From: Pseudomonas aeruginosa
GTDB lineage: Bacteria > Pseudomonadota > Gammaproteobacteria > Pseudomonadales > Pseudomonadaceae
NCBI RefSeq assembly: GCF_001457615.1
Contig: NZ_LN831024.1
Location: 2,130,001-2,162,000, forward strand
DNA length: 32,000 nt
Direction: 5' to 3'
Of this stretch, positions 26,599 to 32,000 are shown piece after piece. Position 1 is the first letter of the stretch. Each line of letters starts with the position of its first letter. Both the position numbers and the translations under genes were made by a program. The notes under the pieces were generated by a model. It was not told the origin of the DNA and made no database searches. It worked only from the letters and a program-made list of their open reading frames with translations.

Positions 26599-27537
26599 AT
26601 GTCTGCATCCCTCGCATTCGTCTTCCCCGGCCAGGGTTCGCAATCCCTCGGCATGCTGGCCGAGCTGGGCGCCCAGCAGGCGCTGGTGCGCGATACCTTC
26701 GCCGAGGCCTCCGAGGCGCTCGGTTACGACCTTTGGGCGCTGGTCCAGAATGGTCCTGAAGAGCGCCTGAACCAGACCGACAAGACCCAGCCGGCCATCC
26801 TCACGGTTTCGATCGCGCTCTGGCGCCTCTGGCTGGCCGAGGGCGGTGCGCGCCCAGCGTTCGTCGCCGGGCACAGCCTGGGCGAATATTCCGCGCTGGT
26901 CGCGGCCGAAAGCCTGGCGTTCGCCGATGCGGTCAAGCTGGTCGAGCGTAGGGGCCAACTGATGCAGCAGGCGGTTCCGGCGGGGCAGGGCGGCATGGCC
27001 GCGATCCTTGGCCTGGAAGACGCCGATGTATTGGCGGCCTGTGCCGAGGCGGCCCAGGGCGAGGTGGTCAGCGCGGTCAACTTCAACGCGCCGGGGCAGG
27101 TAGTGATCGCCGGTGCCGCGGCTGCCGTTGAGCGTGCCATCGAGGCATGCAAGGCACGCGGCGCCAAGCGCGCGGTGGCGCTGCCAGTCAGCGTGCCGTC
27201 GCATTGCGAACTGATGCGTCCGGCCGCCGAGCAGTTCGCCGCCTCGGTCGAAAGCCTGCAGTGGCAGGCGCCGAAGATTGCGCTGGTGCAGAACGTCAGC
27301 GCCGCCGTGCCGGCTGATCTCGATACGCTGCGCCGCGACCTGCTGGCACAGCTGTACAGCCCGGTTCGCTGGGTGGAGAGCATCCAGCTGCTGGCGGAAA
27401 AGGGCGTCACCGAGCTGGTCGAGTGCGGGCCGGGCAAGGTCCTGGCAGGCCTCAACAGGCGCTGCGCGAAGGGCATCAATACCCATGGCCTGGATGGCGT
27501 CGAGGCGTTCGCCGCCACGCGCGCCGCCCTGGCCTGA
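26599..27537 (+). CDS. fabD: Malonyl-CoA:ACP transacylase
   Basis: 312 aa from ATG 26599, beginning MSASLAFVFPGQGSQSLGM, with the active-site motif GHSLGEYSA. Confidence 0.95.
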   Translation: MSASLAFVFPGQGSQSLGMLAELGAQQALVRDTFAEASEALGYDLWALVQNGPEERLNQTDKTQPAILTVSIALWRLWLAEGGARPAFVAGHSLGEYSALVAAESLAFADAVKLVERRGQLMQQAVPAGQGGMAAILGLEDADVLAACAEAAQGEVVSAVNFNAPGQVVIAGAAAAVERAIEACKARGAKRAVALPVSVPSHCELMRPAAEQFAASVESLQWQAPKIALVQNVSAAVPADLDTLRRDLLAQLYSPVRWVESIQLLAEKGVTELVECGPGKVLAGLNRRCAKGINTHGLDGVEAFAATRAALA

Positions 27538-27559
27538 GAGAGAGAAAGGAGAGAATCCC

Positions 27560-28303
27560 ATGAGTCTGCAAGGTAAGGTCGCATTGGTAACCGGCGCCAG
27601 CCGTGGCATCGGCCAGGCGATTGCGCTGGAACTGGGGCGCCTGGGTGCCGTGGTCATCGGCACCGCGACCAGCGCGTCCGGCGCCGAGAAGATCGCCGAA
27701 ACCCTCAAGGCCAATGGCGTCGAGGGTGCGGGCCTGGTCCTGGACGTTTCCAGCGACGAATCCGTAGCCGCGACCCTGGAGCACATCCAGCAGCATCTCG
27801 GCCAACCGCTGATCGTGGTCAATAACGCCGGCATCACCCGCGATAATCTGCTGGTGCGCATGAAAGACGACGAGTGGTTCGATGTGGTCAACACCAACCT
27901 GAACAGTCTCTACCGTCTGTCGAAAGCCGTTCTGCGCGGTATGACCAAGGCCCGCTGGGGGCGCATCATCAACATCGGTTCCGTGGTCGGCGCCATGGGC
28001 AATGCCGGGCAAACCAACTATGCCGCGGCGAAGGCCGGCCTGGAGGGCTTCACCCGTGCGCTGGCCCGGGAAGTCGGTTCGCGTGCCATTACCGTGAATG
28101 CGGTGGCGCCGGGCTTCATCGACACCGACATGACCCGCGAGCTGCCGGAAGCCCAGCGCGAAGCGCTGCTGGGCCAGATTCCGCTGGGTCGCCTGGGGCA
28201 GGCGGAAGAGATCGCCAAGGTGGTCGGCTTCCTCGCTTCGGACGGCGCAGCCTATGTGACCGGGGCCACCGTGCCGGTCAATGGTGGGATGTACATGAGC
28301 TGA
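27560..28303 (+). CDS. fabG: 3-oxoacyl-ACP reductase
   Basis: 247 aa with the SDR motifs TGASRGIG, NNAG and YAAAKAG. SD aaggagag lies upstream. Confidence 0.95.
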   Translation: MSLQGKVALVTGASRGIGQAIALELGRLGAVVIGTATSASGAEKIAETLKANGVEGAGLVLDVSSDESVAATLEHIQQHLGQPLIVVNNAGITRDNLLVRMKDDEWFDVVNTNLNSLYRLSKAVLRGMTKARWGRIINIGSVVGAMGNAGQTNYAAAKAGLEGFTRALAREVGSRAITVNAVAPGFIDTDMTRELPEAQREALLGQIPLGRLGQAEEIAKVVGFLASDGAAYVTGATVPVNGGMYMS

Positions 28304-28498
28304 ATGTGACGTTACCTTTCTCGGGTCTGTCATAAGCGCTGTCTAGAATTCGTTGCGGAATTGCAGCCGGGTTATTAGATAGAATTATCGAAGTGGCCGT
28401 GGGAAGGTGAGGCGTTCAGCTTGAAAAGCAGAAAACCCTTTCTATACACTTACCCGCAGCCCAGCTGCTCGGATTTTCCATAGGAGTGAAAACAAGGT

Positions 28499-28735
28499 AT
28501 GAGCACCATCGAAGAACGCGTTAAGAAGATCGTCGCTGAACAACTCGGCGTGAAGGAAGAAGAAGTCACCAACAGCGCTTCCTTCGTCGAAGACCTGGGC
28601 GCCGACTCCCTTGACACCGTCGAGCTGGTGATGGCTCTGGAAGAGGAATTCGAGACCGAAATCCCTGACGAGAAAGCTGAAAAGATCACCACCGTTCAGG
28701 AAGCCATCGACTACATCGTTGCTCACCAGCAATAA
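28499..28735 (+). CDS. acpP: Acyl carrier protein
   Basis: 78 aa beginning [18 protein letters not shown], with the phosphopantetheine attachment site [14 protein letters not shown] aggag lies upstream. Confidence 0.97.
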   Translation: MSTIEERVKKIVAEQLGVKEEEVTNSASFVEDLGADSLDTVELVMALEEEFETEIPDEKAEKITTVQEAIDYIVAHQQ

Positions 28736-28760
28736 GTAGTCGTCGGATTTTCCGACGTGG

Positions 28761-28799
28761 AAAAGCCGCACAGCCTGTAAGGGCGTGCGGCTTTTCTTT
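28761..28799 (+). terminator. Hairpin plus T-tract after acpP (probable partial terminator/attenuator before fabF)
   Basis: AAAAGCCGCAC (28761-28771) pairs with GTGCGGCTTTT (28785-28795), followed by CTTT. A second small hairpin CGTCGGA/TCCGACG lies at 28741-28757. Confidence 0.6.
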
Positions 28800-28863
28800 A
28801 GCGCCTTACCTACTCTGGTAGTCTGTCGGCGCAACCCCGTGAAATGAGAAAGAGGAAGTCGTA

Positions 28864-30108
28864 GTGTCGCGTAGACGCGTCGTCATTACTGGCATGGGCA
28901 TGCTGTCGCCGTTGGGCCTGGATGTCCCGAGCAGTTGGGAAGGTATTCTCGCCGGTCGCAGCGGGATCGCCCCGATCGAGCATATGGACCTGTCCGCCTA
29001 TTCCACCCGCTTCGGTGGTTCGGTCAAGGGTTTCAATGTCGAGGAATACCTGTCCGCCAAGGAAGCCCGCAAGCTCGACCTGTTCATCCAGTACGGTCTC
29101 GCCGCCAGCTTCCAGGCCGTTCGCGATTCCGGCCTGGAGGTCACCGACGCCAATCGTGAGCGTATCGGCGTATCCATGGGTTCCGGTATCGGCGGCCTGA
29201 CCAATATCGAGAACAACTGCCGATCCCTGTTCGAGCAGGGGCCGCGGCGCATCTCGCCGTTCTTCGTGCCCGGTTCGATCATCAACATGGTTTCCGGCTT
29301 CCTGTCGATCCACCTGGGTCTGCAGGGGCCCAACTACGCCCTCACCACCGCCTGCACCACCGGTACCCACAGCATCGGCATGGCTGCTCGCAACATCGCC
29401 TATGGCGAGGCCGACGTGATGGTCGCCGGCGGTTCCGAAATGGCTGCCTGCGGTCTCGGCCTGGGCGGTTTCGGCGCGGCTCGCGCGCTCTCCACTCGCA
29501 ACGACGAGCCGACCCGTGCCAGCCGTCCGTGGGACCGGGATCGCGACGGCTTCGTCCTGTCCGACGGTTCCGGCGCCCTGGTGCTCGAAGAACTGGAGCA
29601 CGCCCGTGCCCGCGGCGCGCGGATCTATGCCGAGCTGGTTGGCTTCGGCATGAGCGGCGACGCTTTCCACATGACCGCGCCGCCGGAAGACGGCGCCGGT
29701 GCCGCCCGCTGCATGAAGAACGCGCTGCGCGATGCCGGCCTGGATCCTCGCCAGGTCGATTACATCAACGCCCATGGCACCTCCACCCCGGCCGGCGACA
29801 TCGCCGAGATCGCCGCGGTGAAGAGCGTGTTCGGCGAGCATGCCCATGCGCTGTCGATGAGTTCGACCAAGTCGATGACCGGCCACCTGTTGGGTGCCGC
29901 CGGTGCGGTGGAGGCGATCTTCAGCGTGCTGGCCCTGCGCGACCAGGTCGCCCCGCCGACCATCAACCTGGACAACCCGGACGAAGGTTGCGACCTCGAC
30001 CTGGTGGCCCACGAAGCCAAGCCGCGCAAGATCGACGTGGCCCTGTCGAACTCGTTCGGTTTCGGCGGGACCAACGGCACCCTGGTGTTCCGCAGGTTCG
30101 CCGACTGA
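28864..30108 (+). CDS. fabF: 3-oxoacyl-ACP synthase II
   Basis: 414 aa with a GTG start ([16 protein letters not shown], matching the E. coli FabF N-terminus). It has the active-site Cys in TTACTTG, the catalytic His regions ([16 protein letters not shown]) and the C-terminal NSFGFGGTN. Confidence 0.95.
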   Translation: MSRRRVVITGMGMLSPLGLDVPSSWEGILAGRSGIAPIEHMDLSAYSTRFGGSVKGFNVEEYLSAKEARKLDLFIQYGLAASFQAVRDSGLEVTDANRERIGVSMGSGIGGLTNIENNCRSLFEQGPRRISPFFVPGSIINMVSGFLSIHLGLQGPNYALTTACTTGTHSIGMAARNIAYGEADVMVAGGSEMAACGLGLGGFGAARALSTRNDEPTRASRPWDRDRDGFVLSDGSGALVLEELEHARARGARIYAELVGFGMSGDAFHMTAPPEDGAGAARCMKNALRDAGLDPRQVDYINAHGTSTPAGDIAEIAAVKSVFGEHAHALSMSSTKSMTGHLLGAAGAVEAIFSVLALRDQVAPPTINLDNPDEGCDLDLVAHEAKPRKIDVALSNSFGFGGTNGTLVFRRFAD

Positions 30109-30923
30109 TGCTGGACTGGGTCGACGGCCGGCCCGCCGCCGAGCTGTCCGTGCGCGATCGCGGACTGGCCTATGGCGACGGGCTGTTCGAGACCCTGGCG
30201 GTGCGCGCCGGCACGCCGCGTCTCCTGGAGCGCCACCTGGCGCGCCTGGAAGAGGGGTGTCGGCGCCTGGCGATCCCTCTCGACGCCGCGGCGTTGCGCC
30301 AGGAGTTGCTGGCGTTCTGCGCGGCGCTGGGCGACGGTGTCGCCAAGCTGATCGTCACCCGCGGCGAGGGTTTGCGTGGCTACGCGCCGCCTGCCGAGGC
30401 CTCGCCGCGGCGAATCCTCTCCGGATCGCCGCGTCCGGCCTATCCCGAGCGCCACTGGCAGCAAGGTGTGCGCCTGTTCGCCTGCCGCACGCGCCTGGCC
30501 GAGCAGCCCCTGCTGGCCGGCCTCAAGCACCTCAATCGCCTGGAGCAGGTCCTCGCCCGTGCCGAGTGGAGCGACGCCGGGCATGCCGAAGGGCTCATGC
30601 TGGACGTGCACGAGCGGGTAGTGGAGGGCGTGTTCAGCAACCTGCTGCTGGTTCTCGACGGCACCCTCGTGGCGCCTGACCTGCGGCGCTGCGGCGTCGC
30701 GGGAGTGATGCGCGCGGAATTGCTCGAGCGCGCCGAAGGAATCGGCGTCCCGCTGGCGATACGGGATGTTTCCATGGCTGAACTGGCGACGGCCGACGAG
30801 GTCTTTCTGTGCAACAGCCAGTTCGGCATCTGGCCGGTCCGGGCATTGGACGAGCACGTCTGGCCGGTCGGCGAGCTGACCCGTAAACTGCAAGACCAAC
30901 TTCGCGACGACCTGGATTTCTGA
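30108..30923 (+). CDS. pabC: Aminodeoxychorismate lyase (class IV PLP-dependent)
   Basis: 271 aa beginning [29 protein letters not shown], with a conserved K in AGLKHLNRLEQV. Its ATG overlaps the fabF stop (TGATG). It is syntenic with E. coli fabF-pabC-yceG. Confidence 0.85.
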   Translation: MLDWVDGRPAAELSVRDRGLAYGDGLFETLAVRAGTPRLLERHLARLEEGCRRLAIPLDAAALRQELLAFCAALGDGVAKLIVTRGEGLRGYAPPAEASPRRILSGSPRPAYPERHWQQGVRLFACRTRLAEQPLLAGLKHLNRLEQVLARAEWSDAGHAEGLMLDVHERVVEGVFSNLLLVLDGTLVAPDLRRCGVAGVMRAELLERAEGIGVPLAIRDVSMAELATADEVFLCNSQFGIWPVRALDEHVWPVGELTRKLQDQLRDDLDF

Positions 30924-30928
30924 CTTTG

Positions 30929-31978
30929 ATGCGCAAACTGCTGGTGCTGCTGGAGAGTGGCCTGTTGTTCGTTGGCCTCTGCGTCGGCCTGGCTGCATGG
31001 CAGCAGCAGCGGGCGCTGGAGCAGCCCCTGCAATTGACCGAGGAGCGCCTGCTGGACGTTTCCTCGGGCTCCACGCCGGGCGGCATGCTCGCGCGTCTGG
31101 AGCAGGAAAAGGTGCTCCATGGCGCGTTCTGGCTGCGCCTCTACTGGCGTTTCAACCTGCCGGGCCAGGCCCTGCACAGCGGCGAATACCGCCTCTTGCC
31201 GGGGATGAAGGGCGCCGACCTGCTGGAACTCTGGCGTGAAGGCGAGGTGGTGCAGTACAGCCTGACCCTGGTCGAGGGCTGGAGTTTCCGCCAGGTGCGC
31301 GAAGCGCTCGCCAGGCAGGGCAAGCTGGAGCAGACCCTGGCCGGCCTGAGCGACGGCGAGATCATGCAACGCCTCGGCAAGCCCGACGAAGTGGCCGAAG
31401 GGCGCTTCTTCCCCGATACCTACCGCTACACCCGTGGCATGCGCGACATCGACATACTGCGCAAGGCCTACCAGCGCATGCAGACCATCCTCGCCAAGGA
31501 ATGGGATGGCCGCAGCCAGGACCTGCCTTATCGCGACGCCTACCAGGCGCTGATCATGGCCTCGCTGGTGGAAAAGGAAACCGGCGTGCCGGAAGAGCGT
31601 TCGCAGATCGCCGGCGTCTTCGTCCGCCGCCTGCAGCGCGGCATGCTGTTGCAGACCGATCCGACGGTGATCTATGGCATGGGCGAGCGCTACAACGGCA
31701 AGATCACCCGCGCCGACCTGCGCGAACCGACCCCTTACAATACCTATGTGGTGCCGGGTATGCCGCCGACTCCGATCGCCCTGGCCGGGCGCGAGGCGAT
31801 TCGCGCCGCGCTGCATCCGGCCGAGGGCGAGACCCTGTATTTCGTGGCGCGCGGCGATGGCAGCCACGTGTTCTCCAGCAGCCTGGACGAACACAACAAG
31901 GCGGTCCGCGAGTACCAGTTGAAGCGTCGCTCGGACTATCGCTCCAGCCCCGCGCCCATCACCCCGCCGCCACAATGA
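30929..31978 (+). CDS. mltG: Endolytic murein transglycosylase MltG (YceG family)
   Basis: 349 aa from ATG 30929 (TTG 30926 is also possible). It has an N-terminal TM anchor and the YceG catalytic region LIMASLVEKETG...LQTDPTVIYG. The window ends 22 nt after its stop, at an aaggag that probably serves the next gene. Confidence 0.85.
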   Translation: MRKLLVLLESGLLFVGLCVGLAAWQQQRALEQPLQLTEERLLDVSSGSTPGGMLARLEQEKVLHGAFWLRLYWRFNLPGQALHSGEYRLLPGMKGADLLELWREGEVVQYSLTLVEGWSFRQVREALARQGKLEQTLAGLSDGEIMQRLGKPDEVAEGRFFPDTYRYTRGMRDIDILRKAYQRMQTILAKEWDGRSQDLPYRDAYQALIMASLVEKETGVPEERSQIAGVFVRRLQRGMLLQTDPTVIYGMGERYNGKITRADLREPTPYNTYVVPGMPPTPIALAGREAIRAALHPAEGETLYFVARGDGSHVFSSSLDEHNKAVREYQLKRRSDYRSSPAPITPPPQ

Positions 31979-32000
31979 GCGGCGCAGCCAAGATAAGGAG

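Noticed and set aside
28342-28351. Overlapping XbaI/EcoRI sites (TCTAGAATTC) in the AT-richer fabG-acpP spacer, which could hint at a cloning scar
   Set aside because: There is no flanking vector, polylinker, marker or synthetic-looking sequence, and the surrounding synteny is uninterrupted. An AT-rich promoter region upstream of acpP is expected, so the paired sites are most simply chance.

Overview
The window is GC-rich with strong GC3 codon bias. Gene content and order match the Pseudomonas aeruginosa core chromosome, the block I recall as PA2996 (nqrD) to PA2963 (mltG/yceG) in PAO1, read here in the opposite direction to PAO1 numbering. From left to right it holds: the 3' end of the NQR operon (nqrD', nqrE, nqrF, apbE, nqrM), sthA, a glycerophosphodiester phosphodiesterase with a small coupled secreted ORF, a PilZ-domain gene, lolCDE, a DUF2062 gene, comEC, an ExbB/ExbD-like pair fused into lpxK-ycaR-kdsB-ptpA-murB, rne with its long leader, rluC, a HAD hydrolase, an S49 peptidase, maf, and yceD-rpmF-plsX-fabD-fabG-acpP-fabF-pabC-mltG. 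All of this is housekeeping. I found no tRNA or rRNA genes, no IS elements, integrases or phage genes, no CRISPR array, no defence-island-like cluster and no low-GC island, so I do not claim a novel system here. The most notable observation is that the PilZ-domain gene appears frameshifted at a G4 run. This separates its RxxxR motif from the rest of the domain. Lesser observations: two perfect short tandem duplications at gene 3' ends; a small secreted ORF sharing a GTGA stop/start overlap with the phosphodiesterase; an orphan ExbBD-like pair in the position msbA occupies in the E. coli lpxK cluster; a near-consensus sigma70 promoter abutting the yceD start codon; a 2 x 141 bp repeat inside rne; and a hairpin-rich rne leader. 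All homology calls come from reading the translations, since no searches could be run.
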